Shown piece by piece: positions 1-13,571 of a stretch of DNA of 64,000 nucleotides. Below the pieces are notes generated by a model. It was not told the origin of the DNA and did no database searches. It was given only the letters and a program-made list of their open reading frames with translations. The position numbers and the translations under genes were made by a program. The first letter of the stretch is position 1. Each line of letters starts with the position of its first letter. This stretch comes from Tubiluchus corallicola (lineage: Eukaryota > Animalia > Priapulida): positions 250,003 through 314,002 of the forward strand of contig JAQGDQ010000266.1 of the NCBI GenBank assembly GCA_030141605.1. Direction: 5' to 3'.

Positions 1-2015
1 GGCAAATCCCACCATAGATGCACAGTTAATTAATTTTGATGACGCTTTTTGAGACGAAGTTAGAAAATTTTGCATCTAGTTATAATTTTGATGAACAATG
101 TGAGAATGACGATTGCTAAACAACTGGCAATGATGGTATACCCATTAAATGTGTTAAAGAGGGATCGAAAGAAATACTAAACTGTTTACTGAAAATGGTT
201 AATACGATATTTAACACAGGGTATTTTTCAGCAGAATGCTCCGAATCTGTTATCCTACCTATACATAAATCAGGCCCTCGTAGTGACCCACATGACTACA
301 GAGGCATTAGTCTTTTAACTGTAATTGGCAAACTTTTTAAAGCTTTAGTGTGCAGCAGACTTGAATCTTGGGATAAATACGTGATGGCTATACCTGAAAT
401 ACAAGCTGGATTCCGGCCTAACTATAGAACTGCTGATAACGTTTTTATTTTGAAATCCATTGTTGACACATATTTAGCAAAAGACGAAAAACTATATACT
501 TGCTTTGTTGATTTTAGAAAAGCCTTTGATTCGGTTGATAGAAGTTGTTTGTTATACAAACTTAGTATATTAGGAATCAAAGGCAAGGTCTTGGGCATTA
601 TTAAACATCTGTATACTTGTACTAAAAGCTGCGTTAAAACGCAGCATGGAGTCAGAGACTTGTTTTCTGTTAATTTAGGTGTGCTACAGGGATGTACGCT
701 TCCTCCTATGTTATTTCCATTGTACCTTAGTTATTTAGAAACATTTCTGCGAGTTGAAGCAGTAGATTCGGTTTTACTTGTTCTTACTACTTTATGTTTG
801 TTTTTGTTTGCCGATGATTTGATTTTAATGAGTAGTTCCAAACAAGGTTTGCAAAACCTGTTAAACCTGCTAAGTGAATATTGTGGGAAATGGAGACTGA
901 CAGTAAATGCTTCTAAAACAAAGATTTTAATATTTGAGAAACGAAACACTTTAGTACTTGAACAAATGCCCTTTTACTACAATGGTATTATGTTAGAACA
1001 CTGTAGTGAATACAAGTATCTAGGAGTATATTTTACTAAAAATGGATAATTCTACAAGGTAAAAGATCACTTGATATGTTAGGGCAACAAAGCCAAGTTT
1101 CCAGTTCACAGTAAATCAAAAACATTTGGATATTTTGACGCCAGTTTAGGAATGTCGTTGTTTGATATTTACGTTGATTATGCATGCGAAGTCTGGGGAT
1201 ATAAAGAATTTGATAACTTAGAAAGGGCATGCTTAAAATATTACAAATCAGGTAGGAGTAAAGAGCTCAACACCCACACCAGCTTTCTTGGGGGAATTGG
1301 GGAAATATCCCATCAACCTATCGATTAAAATGAGAGTCATTAAGTATTGGCTGCGTTTAGTTTCACCAAAAGATAACAGAGTGTGCAATGAAGCTTATAT
1401 TTTGTCTAAACAATATAATTTACCGTGGTATCTAGGGATAACAAAAATACTGTCTGAAATAATATAAATCTAGTGTTTTTATTAGAAAATGATATAGTGC
1501 CATTGTATATGAACACTTTGTATATTCCTGAAGGAAGGTTACAAGCATGCTATGTTACCAATCGGAAAAATTCACTAGCTGAAATGTCAAAGTTATCCCT
1601 TTACAGAAAATGTAAAAGTTCTTTAAAATCTAAGTCTTATTTGGTAAATGCAATGAATGTTAAACATCGTATTGCATTGACTAAGCTTAGAACAAGTGCT
1701 CACTCACTGCCTATAGAAACTGGGCGGTATAGTAAGACCGCCTATTCCTCGAAGTAGCGTCTATGTGCCAGGTGTAACGAAGTCGGTGACGAATGCCATT
1801 TTATTCTATTTTGTTCTAAACATATCACTGTCCGCAACTTCCTTGTAAATCACACGTTCTATTCCAGACTTTTACTTTTTAAATATTGATGACTAACTAA
1901 TTTGTATGATGCAATCCCATGATGTCACTATTCAATGTGCTGTAGTTAAGTTTGTTCGCATTTGTATGTAAAATTTTGTTGTTTGATCGGCCCTATTGGC
2001 CAAAAATCAATAAAT
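1..2015 (+). mobile_element. Degenerate non-LTR retrotransposon (LINE, CR1/L2-like group): RT domain and 3' end
   Basis: ORF 195-1049 has LINE RT motifs (YRGISLL, QAGFR, FVDFRKAFDSV, GVLQG, LFADD, YKYLGV). ORF 1473-1757 has KLRTSAHSLPIETGRY, a common LINE ORF2 C-terminal motif. Frameshifts and stops lie between them. AATAAA near 2009. Confidence 0.9.
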
Positions 2016-2076
2016 TACAACTCGAAATTATAAAACTCAGCCCAGACTTAGATTGGCATTGAGAAACACTTCATCT

Positions 2077-2588
2077 CAGAGCTGGAAATGGGTCCATTGG
2101 TCATGGGTCGCTTGGGACGCAGTTCATGTGTGTGTGTGTGTGGGTCTCGTGACCCGCGTGACCCAGATAAAAATTAAATAGTCATATTTTCTAAAGAAAC
2201 GTTTGGGGCTTATTCTTTTAATTTCATCATAGAAATAAAGTAAAACGGTCTATATAATACCACATTAATTTTATAATTGCTGTTGAAGTTTTATTATTGC
2301 AGTGATTGTACCACTGAAAAGTCGACGCTTTTCCTCTTTGAAATCAGTGATAATCAACTGCATTACGGGTACCAACTGTTTACAAATCTAAATTATTGTG
2401 AAGTTATTGAGAAGCTAATTCTGCAGATGTCTTCTGTAGCACCGGATCAATATGGGTCAGATTTGTCAGAATTTCGGTCATTTTATGGTTGATAGGCCCT
2501 GGGTCTATGTCAGATAAGTCACGGTATCCGTTGGACTAGTGGCTAATGGGTCATATTTAATTGACAACCATTTTTCAGGACATCTCTG
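2077..2588. mobile_element. Possible old hAT-type MITE
   Basis: Starts CAGAGCTGGAAATGGGTC and ends in a degenerate complement (..ccattttt..ctctg). Internal TGGGTC/GACCC subterminal motifs. Flanks cttcatct / cttcaaga resemble a decayed 8-bp TSD. Confidence 0.35.
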
Positions 2589-3634
2589 CTTCAAGATAAA
2601 TATGTTTGCCTTAACTGAGATTCTGTATTTTACGCATCTGTTTAATTACGCAAGTTGAATTTAATTACCCCATTCTCTCTGATTTCTTATTTTTGCGATT
2701 GTCAAAACTGATTTTATAACATGAAAAATGTGTTACAAGAAATACCCAGCGTACCTTAATTTCTTGTCCACTAACATTATTATAGAAAACAGGTGTTTGC
2801 ACAAGAGACATTTCAAAACTGTTTTTTGATTCTTATAAAGAATTTTTATTAAAACGATTTACAAAAATTTTATGCAATATATTCCGTTTTGCCATTAGCA
2901 TGCCTTGTGCAAATTACCAATAGTTTCACATTCATTTGTAAATGACTGTGACAATAATTGTGTTATTCTTATTAATTAACAGTAACATAATCTATATGCC
3001 GAACAGAATGTCACAAAACGTTTCTAAAATTTTAATTTGACAAGTTTATCATAAATTCGATTTAAATAACATAAATAACAGTTTAAGATTCTTTTGTAAA
3101 CTTTTTGAAGATCATGTAGGCATAACGCCAACAACAATTTTTAGTAGTTTCACACCCGTCTATGCATGTACTAAACTATCATTTGTAATTGTCGTTAGTT
3201 CACCGAACTAAAAAATCTAATTGGTACGGAAGATTATAGCAGGTGAGTAATGCTGCTATGCAGAAATTTCCCCTCATTTTCCGACTTAACCTGCAGGTTT
3301 TAATCGCCACCTTTCTAACAAATTAGCAGTTTGCTTAATTTTAATCCACTGTGATGGTTTCTCAATTTCTGGTTTATTATAATTACCGTATTTTATAGAG
3401 ATTAACCAATTATGTTGAAGATTAGTGTTAGTGATCGTATACTCAAATAAATAATAGATTCAGAGTAATTAAGTATTTGAATATATCATTGCATAGTCGC
3501 CATATATTTCATTATATCTGTTGCGCGTATGTATATATTTTTAGTTTTCATTTTTTCCGCTGTAAAAAGAATCAATTATTTCTTTTGGGATCATTTAATT
3601 AGCGTAGCCCTCTATAATCATTCAGCAGAATGGC

Positions 3635-3732
3635 TTAACATCCAATACACCAACAGTCGAAATTGCAATCACAAAACCCGGAGAAATATCCACTCCTACA
3701 ACAGGCTTCATGACAAGATGGAGTCCTGCCAC
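3635..3732 (-). CDS. Defensin-like gene coding exon 3 (Cys core)
   Basis: Acceptor tttctctgtag|; GRTPSCHEACCRSGYFSGFCDCNFDCWCIGC then TAA. Confidence 0.85.
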
Positions 3733-4130
3733 CTACAGAGAAAAACAAGAAACAAGTCATAAACTTGACACATTAATAAAGTCAGTGATCAGAAACCAGA
3801 ATGTTTTTTTTTGCAGTTTCTAATTTTCAAATTTAAATCCTAGTTGCTTTATCAATGCAACTTCCGGTTTATGTTTACAGGGACAACAAAATTAACACCA
3901 GGTCACTTATTATGTAATTGCTCTCGGTTAACTCAAATAGAAGAAAAAAAAACTACTAGATATTTTACGAAAAGCCACTTTATTTAGTTAGAAATAAATT
4001 GTTACTAAAATAATTTGCAAACTGAAAGTTCAATCTTATAATGAGACTTTATGTATTAGAGTATAATAATTAGACTAACATAGATTTATCATCAACAGGT
4101 GTTATCTAATAAAATATTGTTAGCACTTAG

Positions 4131-4220
<90 letters not shown>

Positions 4221-4531
4221 CGCCACCACCACAACAACAACAAGTTTTAATTAACATTTAAGCAAAGGACTTAATTAAATAACGCTAAGACATGACTAAG
4301 ACTGATTTTACGGCTAAATTAGCTTGATTTTACAGGCATGCAGACATGTGTAAACAGCTCTTCGTCTAAGACTTTTGAAAGAACGAAGCCTTGTGACATT
4401 TAGGTGACAAATCAGTGTTTGAACAGTTTTATTGAGCTTTGGTACAAGTGTGAACTACGTAAATAAATAAATAAATAAATAAACAAACAAACAAACAAAC
4501 AAGCAAACAAATAAATAAATAAACAAACAAA

Positions 4532-4562
<31 letters not shown>

Positions 4563-7528
4563 ACAAATAAATAAAAGTTTAAGTAAATAAATGAAAAAAA
4601 GTAAAATGAAAGATGACGTAAAGTGACGTGAAAATAAATTAAAACTTTCCCCTAAATTTTGCAAATTTCAAGTCGTTACGTGGCAATCAATTTACGGTCT
4701 CAGAAATGATTATAGAGCGTATGGCGACTTTTATGAAACCGTATGTGCAAGTTAAAATGATGTGCATGCATCTCGGAGGCCATTTCATAAAATTAGCAGC
4801 AACATATTTTTGAAATATTTTTTAGAACATACATCACAACATTTTTGACATATTTTAAAAATGTCAGGAAAATGCCATGCTTATTGAGTGGGTCTGCAGT
4901 TTATTTTCGCAACGGTTGTGACAAGATCGCATTTATAACAACATTTAAAAATTCGCAAAATTCTCAAACGAAAATCGCATGTCCACCTGGTAAAATTCGT
5001 TATTTCTCTGAATCACGCTGCCTGATTGACTCACATTATTTATTTATTTAATTACTTGTTCAACACATGCAACAAAACTTAGCAAAGCAATGCAAACACT
5101 TGTACGAAGCAGCTGAGAGAGAAGCACATTCGTGCAGGGATATACTGCTGGATATACATATATATATATATATATATTATAGCAACATAACATACCTATA
5201 ATAATTATATGTATGTGATATGGTTCTGTGTAAGCAGCTGTTTAGCCCTGTCGGCTCGATCTCTCATACACATTTTGCTATCTCAATTAATGATGTTATA
5301 TATATATATATATATATAATTAGATCATTAATTAAGTTGATTACCTGGATTACCTGCTATTCATAACTTATCACATTGTAACAGATATCAGGATATCAGA
5401 TAAATTTTATTCATTGTGACTTTATTTGTGCCAAATCCACAGCATCTGAGTTTTCGAATTTTGCATCACTAAGATGAATGCCCATCGCATTACCGAATTT
5501 CAATAATATAAACTAAAATTGTCAGATTTGATATAAAATTAGGTTTTCCGGTAAATAAGACATGTCAATTTCAATGAGTGCAGCAACGTCTATAAAACTG
5601 ATGTGTTACAGAATCCCATGTTTAGGCTCGAGACACGTCGGAACTGGTTAATAAACATGAGTTTTATATAAATTGTTGTCTGATTTACCATTACGTACTT
5701 TCAATGAACACATTTTGCATTCGAATTATGACTTAATGAGTAATAAGAAGGAATTAAAAAATTACTTGTACAAATGGAATCAATTCGAGCTGCTCCCTCT
5801 AACTTCTTCATTTGGTGGACGACTGGCTTGTCTAGAACTACAAACTCTATAAAAAACATTCATGAAACTTTCTTTTCTGATAAACAATTGCAGTCTATAA
5901 TAATTTACAACAGTTCACGGTAAACAGGAGACTTCAAGTTTGATAGGAAACCCGTTACATAAAGAAACGAAAGCACAAACACTAGACTCAATTATTTGCG
6001 TGATTTTGATTATCAGTTTATTTTAGCAATTATTTGTGTTTATCAGCTAACATATACAAAAATTTGCAAAAGTTTAATGCTGTCGAATCTAACAATTGCA
6101 TATCGCTTTAGAGGAAACAAGAGCTCCTCCTTCTCATAGAGCAGCGGCAGATCTGCAGATGGTTGAGCAAACAGCATGAAGAATATTCAACAGAAACCAC
6201 AACTCAGTCATTCAACAGATGGGAAAATTATTTTTTCAAATACTACACTATATATTGACGAGAACAGTATCTGCTATACTGCAAGCGAAATTATAAAGCA
6301 CAGTTCACACATGTAAAAGTTTGTATGTTTATGAAATTAAATTCCTAAATGGGTTCACGGCAGAAACAAACCAATAGTGTGACTGATACGTGCCGTACTC
6401 TAAGGTTTAAGTGATGCTCATACTGATACTGCTTCTCATGATTAATGCTGCACTAAGGTTTAAGTGATGCTCATACTGAGGCTGGTTCTCATGATTAATG
6501 CTGCACTAAGGTTTAAGTGATGCTGATACTGATACTGCTTCTCATGATTAATGCTGCACTAAGGTTTAAGTGATGCTCATACTGAGGCTGGTTCTCATGA
6601 TTAATGCTGCACTAACGTTTAAGTGATGCTGATACTGATACTGCTTCTCATGATTAATGCTGCACTAAGGTTTAAGTGATGCTGATACTGATACTGCTTC
6701 TCATGATTAATGCTGCACTAAGGTTTAAGTGATGCTGATACTGATACTGCTTCTCATGATTAATGCTGCACTAAGGTTTAAGTGATGCTGATACTGATAC
6801 TGCTTCTCATGATTAATGCTGCACTAAGGTTTAAGTGATGCTGATACTGAGGCTGGTTCTCATGATTAATGCTGCACTAAGGTTTAAGTGATGCTGATAC
6901 TGATACTGCTTCTCATGATTAATGCTGCACTAAGGTTTAAGTGATGCTGATACTGAGGCTGCTTCTCATGATTAATGCTGCACTAAGGTTTAAGTGATGC
7001 TGATACTTATACTGCTTCTCATGATTAATGCTGCACTAAGGTTTAAGTGATGCTGATGCTGATACTGCTTCTCATGATTAATGCTGCACTAAGGTTTAAG
7101 TGATGCTGATACTGAGGCTGCTTCTCATGATTAATGCTGCACTAAGGTTTAAGTGATGCTGATACTGAGGCTGCTTCTCATGATTAATGCTGCACTAAGG
7201 TTTAAGAGATACTGAGGCTGGTTCTCATGATTAATGCTGCACTAAGGTTTAAGTGATGCTGATACTGAGGCTGGTTCTCATGATTAATGCTGCACTAAGG
7301 TTTAAGTGATGCTGATACTGAGGCTGGTTCTCATGATTAATGCTGCACTAAGGTTTAAGTGATGCTGATACTGAAGCTGGTTCTCATGATTAATGCTGCA
7401 CTAAGGTTTAAGTGATGCTGATACCGAGGCTGGTTCTCATGATTAATGCTGAACTCACCAGGTTCCAATGATGCTCCGAACTGGAAAACAGCCACTACGA
7501 CGATAAGAACGATTGCTGCCTTGTTCAT
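3635..7528 (-). CDS. Secreted CS-alpha/beta defensin/toxin-like prepropeptide, 82 aa, 3 coding exons
   Basis: Exons 7528-7459, 5846-5766 and 3732-3635 join through GT-AG phase-1 introns into MNKAAIVLIVVVAVFQFGASLEPEFVVLDKPVVHQMKKLEGAARIDSICTSGRTPSCHEACCRSGYFSGFCDCNFDCWCIGC*. It has a signal peptide, a propeptide ending in Arg and a C-x7-C-x3-C-x9-C-x5-C-x-C core with GxC. Confidence 0.85.
4131..4575. repeat. (AAC)n and (AAAT/AAAC)n microsatellites in defensin-like intron 2
   Basis: Runs at ~4131-4243 and ~4460-4575. Confidence 0.95.
5766..5846 (-). CDS. Defensin-like gene coding exon 2 (propeptide and first Cys)
   Basis: Acceptor ttttttatag|; 81 nt, phase 1-1; FVVLDKPVVHQMKKLEGAARIDSICT; donor A|gtaat. 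Confidence 0.8.
6401..7451. repeat. 53-bp minisatellite, about 20 copies
   Basis: Unit TAAGGTTTAAGTGATGCTGATACTGATACTGCTTCTCATGATTAATGCTGCAC, head to tail, no spacers. Confidence 0.95.
7459..7528 (-). CDS. Defensin-like gene coding exon 1 (signal peptide)
   Basis: ATG at 7528; MNKAAIVLIVVVAVFQFGASLEP; donor G|gtgagt. Confidence 0.85.
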
Positions 7529-8261
7529 TTTCTACAAATTTCTTTTCCAAAAATACTAAACAAAAATTAGTAATTAGCAGCTGAAAAATGCAAGTCAGTT
7601 TATTTATACAACTGTAGAGTTACTGTAATTGTAAGAGAAACTGTGACTGTAACCACATCTCAGTATATCTTTGGCATCTTGTGCTCTTGAGACGGATGCA
7701 GAAGTCTAATCAGTCTCAAGCGAGTAGTTACACGCACAAGTGAGTAGTTATGCACACAAGTGAGTAGTTATACGCACAAGTGAGTTGTTCTGCACAAAAG
7801 TGAGTAGTTATACACATTGGTGAGTAGCTATGCAAGTGATTATTCATTATTATTTTTACCTTACATGTACGGATCCGAGGGCTTTCTTTGCCTAGTTTTG
7901 AATAGCATTAAAAGAAGTAAAAAACATTAAATAATCAATATAAAAAATAAAGAATTACCTCAAGTAATATTAGAGAAAAGCAAGATTGCAAATGCTTGAT
8001 AAGAACTAAAAAGAAAATGCAATACGATGTAGTTACCGACTGTTTATAAGTTGTTCACTGGGTTTGTTTTTATATGTTTCAAATTTTGTAATTTTGTTTA
8101 ATTCTGCTTTGATTCTAATACTTGCTTGCACTGACAATAAATCATCTTGCACAAAAATTAGATTTTGAAGTAAGAATAAAAAGTGTGAGCTGTTGTTTAG
8201 TGACTAACATTTTGTGGAGCAAGCAAGCAATAGCAAATACAGCTAACCCATTAATTAATGA

Positions 8262-8430
8262 AAGTTTACACCGACGCCACATGTCGTCACAAGTGTACAC
8301 CGACGCCACATGTTGTCACAAGTGTACACCGACGTCACATGTCGTCACAAGTGTACACCGACGTCACATGTCGTCACACGTTTACACCGATGCCACATGT
8401 TGTCACAAGTTTACACCGATGTCACATATT
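8262..8430. repeat. 29-bp minisatellite, about 6 copies
   Basis: Unit TACACCGACGCCACATGTCGTCACAAGTG. Confidence 0.9.
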
Positions 8431-8834
8431 TGTGACATTATTTTCGCTGTCTTGACATGACCCTAGTTGCAAGTGCTTGAAATTTGCAAATTTCTGTCAT
8501 ACCAATTACTATCAATTCCGTTTTTCCTTAGGCTTCATTCCCTATTTGAGAAAGCAACTATGCATATTAGTTAGCATCAATACGTCGTTTATAAGGGCAA
8601 CAATGTGAAAGGTTTAATGCAGCCTGGGTTTGGAGGAGGGACTTTCTGCAAACAGTGCCGCCGTGACGTACTTAGAACACTATGTACCCCGTTCGCCATT
8701 TATTAGGGCGCTTTAAAATTCATCCACTTGGTCAACCATGGTCAAAAATTTCCGATGTTAGATCACTCACACTACAATGATTCTAACTAATTAGATTATT
8801 TTTTATTTGATTGATTTCGAGTCATATAAATGAG

Positions 8835-8952
8835 AACTTACCAGCAAACAATCAAATTCAGCTTTTCCACTGCACTGGAGTTATACCTTCAATTGGGCTC
8901 TGCGTTTATGTAGATTCTTATTAGCAGTTAAGGTCTCTGCTTATATATAAAA
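8835..8952 (-). promoter_or_regulatory. Putative TATA box and 5' non-coding exon of the defensin-like gene
   Basis: Minus strand reads TATATATAAGCAG at ~8950-8938, followed ~100 nt later by a strong donor CTG|gtaagt (~8841). An acceptor tttgtag| lies 3 nt before the ATG at 7528. Confidence 0.35.
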
Positions 8953-11605
8953 GCTGGGCTATATTTTTAGTAAACAATGATCTTTATTAAAAGTGTTTCA
9001 CTCCCAAATCATCAATCAGTTTGAATGTAAATAGAATTGCGAAAATTACCAATTTTTTACCGGATATAAAGTGCACTATATCCAATAATCATTTTTATTA
9101 CTTTCTCGCAAAACGTTTGAAGATTTTAATTCAAATAAAGTTATATTTGCCAACAAAAAGTTCTCTTCTTTACATCCTATTAAATAACATTCAAGGTCAA
9201 GTGGAAAGTGTAATCTTGCGGAATTTTTATTTTGATCAGTAAATAAGTTGCGTAAATCAGTTTCGTCGTGCTCGATCCAATATTTTTTTTTTCTTAATAG
9301 AATATATCAAGTTGTATAATATAGAACTGCGAGTAAAGTATGTCGACACTGTACTTTGTTAAACTAATCAACAACTTCTTAAAATTTTGCTATAACAAAA
9401 ATCTTCTTGGATTTCGTCAACAAATTTGGAAATAACTCTATATCAAAACAAGCCACACATTTATGGAACTTACGTCTCAGTGAAACGAAGCAAATAAAAT
9501 CTATCCGCCAGTTTAAAAAAGAAATTCAAAGAATATCAATATAACAGGTATCAACTTCCAAATTATGCACTCAGATTTCATCTACCCAGATGAACAGGAA
9601 TATGAATTTTATGTGATGTAAAGCGTGTTATGTTAATTGTGTAATGTCAAATGTATATAGAGTGTAAATGTCATGTAAAATTTAATGTAGTTTTGTAATA
9701 TTGTTTTGTAAATATGTGCATACATTGTAAACAATTAGATATTAGATTTGGGTTTTAGTTTCTTTTAGTCTGTGTTTATCTTGAACGGTGTTGTTATTTC
9801 AACCTTACGCTGACGCTTACTCTATTTTATTATAATGAGTAAACAATTTTAATGACAAATAAAGAATTAATATATATATATATATAATATATTCTCCCCA
9901 TTTTTATCACTTAATAACTCGTAAGTCTTGTAAGTTAGGGCTATGGAACTCACAGGGTGAGTAACCCTGGGTACGGGAAGGACATCAATGCAATGCGTTC
10001 ACCTTTGACCATTGTTCAAGGACAATGGACAGTGATCGTCGTTCACTTTTACAACTATGATTCAACTCCTCCAAAAGCTTTTAGTTTGTCCAATTTTTTT
10101 CACAATCATTTGGTTACTATGGAGTACATTGGAACCTGGGGTTTTAAAATGCTTTAAATTTAAACCTTAAACGTCCGAGAGCGGGGACCAAATTAGAATA
10201 TTTGGGATACGCTATTTAGTGATCTTTTACGTACTGACGGCTAGGGAACACAAAACTCACAGGGTACACTCTCTGGGCAAAGGGAACTACGTATACATGT
10301 GACGCGAGTGGCCGAGTCAAAGGTTACGGAACCTTCATTTATTTTTTTTCAAGATCCGTCTGTTCCTATAGCTTGAGAGCTAGGCCCACAATATTTGGTA
10401 TGTGGTTAGGCTATTGGGCATGGCGGATTCATTTGGAGGGGGAAAATTTTCCGTTAGGAGGCAAAAATCAACAAATGGGGGTCGGGAACAGAAATGCATC
10501 GAGTATCTAGGAATAGTACCGTGTAGCACGTCAAATGAAAGTGAATCGAGTGGCATAGTTACAATAAGAATGGTGAACTTGCAACTCCTTTAGGGGTAAA
10601 ATAGACTCGAGGAGACAATTGCCTCCCAGTGTCGACCGAAACTAGCATGTCGTACATCAAATGAAAAGTCTCAATGAGACAAGTTGAATGGTATAAGTTA
10701 TGCCGAGATTGGTTGATCTCTGACCCCTGGGTCACAGGTTCAAATGTTACAAGCTGCCATTTTATTATGATGTGCAGTTCCTATGCATCAAGCAAAGCCA
10801 ATTCAATAAAACAAAGTTAGAACTTTCAAACAAAAAGCTGGCATCTTTTCAATATCCAATTCTGTTATTAATGACTGACTGCAAACTACTTGTTTGTAAC
10901 ATCTTCAGTTTCAGACCACGTCAGAGACATTGTCAACTAGTTATCACTGCAAATGTTAAGGTTATTATCACTTTAAATTATGATATCATAATAAAGTTAC
11001 TTTATGTTTTATTTTTTTTACGAAAAGACGGATTTAGTGGTAAAGTTAAATAAATATTTAAACAATATGCTGGACTTTGTGTAATTAACGAATTTGTGTT
11101 TGACGTGCTGACGCACAAAAAACACTAGAAAATATAAAGATGGCGTAATATTGAAACAAAAAAAATCATAGCCGGTTTTCTTTGCACAGCACATGAAAAT
11201 CAGGACAGGCTTGTGTTACAACACATTTTCCTGTCAAAAAAGGATCGATACTTTGTAAAAATAAGCTTTAAGGTGTTTGACTTCATGCGCGCAATTTTCC
11301 AAGGACAAAAAATGTAGGCAAAGTATGAAGTTCATTTTAAACTAACTATTTGTGGCGTGTTACGCAGGTAGTAAACCAACGCCTGTACGTAGAACATGTA
11401 CATTTTGATTTGACAGTCGCTTGGTAACGTTCAACACTTATGCTCATATGTCACTTTCCTTACAAGTACTTAAAGAGAGAAGTGGTGGGGATTTAAACAA
11501 GGAAAGAAAAAAGGTGGGAAAATTGCAGAAGGATGATAGGAGACAAAGAAAGGGCAAACAAGAATGAAAGACAAAGCATGGGAGTGACACTGTCTAGACA
11601 TAAAA

Positions 11606-11607
<2 letters not shown>

Positions 11608-11700
<93 letters not shown>
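11608..11700. repeat. (AG)n microsatellite
   Basis: Perfect dinucleotide run. Confidence 0.97.
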
Positions 11701-11702
<2 letters not shown>

Positions 11703-13571
11703 AGCATTCTTTCAAATTTCTGATATAAGACTTTTGTTAATTGATCAAAATTTGTTAATTTCATTGCCGTTTCCAGACAATGCTTCATGTGATTTATTGA
11801 CAAGATTGCTGTTATCAACAGAGTTAAGAAGATTCTGATCTCAATCACCCCACATGTCACAAATTGCCTTTTCGCCTAATACGCCGCTAATTTTTGGTGG
11901 AAGTGGCGTTTTTGAATTAGTTTCTTTTTTGATCTGAGCCCAGAACTGATATGAGCAACTTATGATTGGCGTTGTAGCAGTTTATATCTTCGCAAAGAAG
12001 TGGGTCATACTGCAAGTTTAGACAGCAAATCACGCGTCATCGAACAGCTGGTTGCTGTTAGTTTTATCCCAATTTACCTTATGCCGCAGTAGATTTAGGG
12101 GGAAAGAAGAAGAGAGGAAGGGAAAGGATGAGAGGGAATAAGAAGGGAAGAAGGGTTTATGAGGACGTCTGTGACAACTTCAGTTATCTAGTTTCTAGAT
12201 AGAAAAGTGGGTATGGGGTTATAAAATTAGATTTTTAGTATTTTTGGACATTTTCCTGATAATTTGATGCTAGAATGTAAAATAATATGTTTAGTGTAAC
12301 ATAAGTGTAATATATTTAGCATTTGTTTTCATAAAAAAATAAAAAATCCACATTTGATCAAATTTTTGGTGGTTTCTACTGTGAAGCATCATAACGTGGT
12401 TTTAACTATGCCGACTTATGGGCGGTTTTGGTTTGCATTTATTAACAACAATCCTGGCAATACTACAGTACAGGCTTACCCCGTTTGGGCGGGCGTTAAG
12501 CACGTCAGCGTCACGCAGCATTAGGCAATGGAAATATTCATTAGGATAGATTGGTGCTAATAATTTTGCTCCATTGTGAATCAGGTTTTAATAAAATTTA
12601 ATATCGTTCTAGTTATACTTCGGCGTGATCTTAATACCCGTGGCTCTAACTTACGTTCTATTTTAAGGCGATTTTAATTAAGCATTGTGGTTTTTAATTA
12701 CATTCTATCTTTTAACAAGATTGTTTTTTACATAATATGGTTTTAGAATTTGCTTTGCCGTGATCTTTGTTAATTAGGAGTTACATATTGTAGCAGACTT
12801 GGCTATTTTTTTGTTAATCTTGCTTACAAATTCGTGCACGAGGCGCCATCTGTGGCGGGAATGTAAAGCTTTTGGTTTTGGCCAGTTTTTCTGTTTGTTA
12901 CCTGCTACTCACTTGTCTGTTTTACTCACCTGTGCTCTGAACAGTCAGGTTAATCCACTTTATAGAATATCTGGGACGAATATGTTACAATAAAGCATTC
13001 AGTGGTATTAACCTCTGTTGACAGTGTTTCTGTGACATACGAACAATACGGCATGGCTGCGTTTTTACCCAAAAACTGTTTTCATGTAAAATCCATGATA
13101 GCACAGTGAATACGCAACTGATTTCGACAAAACTATCCCAGAGGCCGTAAAAATTCGAAAGCTTGTATTGTACAAACATTTACAAAGGTATAAAACTAGG
13201 TTTTGTGAAGACAAACAGGTTAACATTGGTTAAATAAAGGCGGTATCACATGTAAAGAGCATTATCATCAAATACGTGTGTAACTTGGATATTAAAGTTC
13301 GAATTTTACTCAAATACAAACGTCATAAGCCACTCCTACTGTGTTTTTATATTGAACTGCACCAGGGTGTAAGTGAGAATGTTAAATAAAGGCCCAGGTT
13401 TAAAGTATATTTATGTTTTAATTACGTGCCAGAAGTTTTTCTATTTAAAGGAAACAACAAGTCATTTAGCCATCTTGTCATTTTATTTAAATAAAAAAAC
13501 TTTGTTTTGTTTATTTTGCTGTTAACACACAACTTAGATAAATATAGCAAAGAAATTTAAAAAAACTGCCT

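Noticed and set aside
195-1049. RT ORFs as retron, DGR or group II intron RTs
   Set aside because: Motifs, APE linkage, tails and decay match eukaryotic LINEs.
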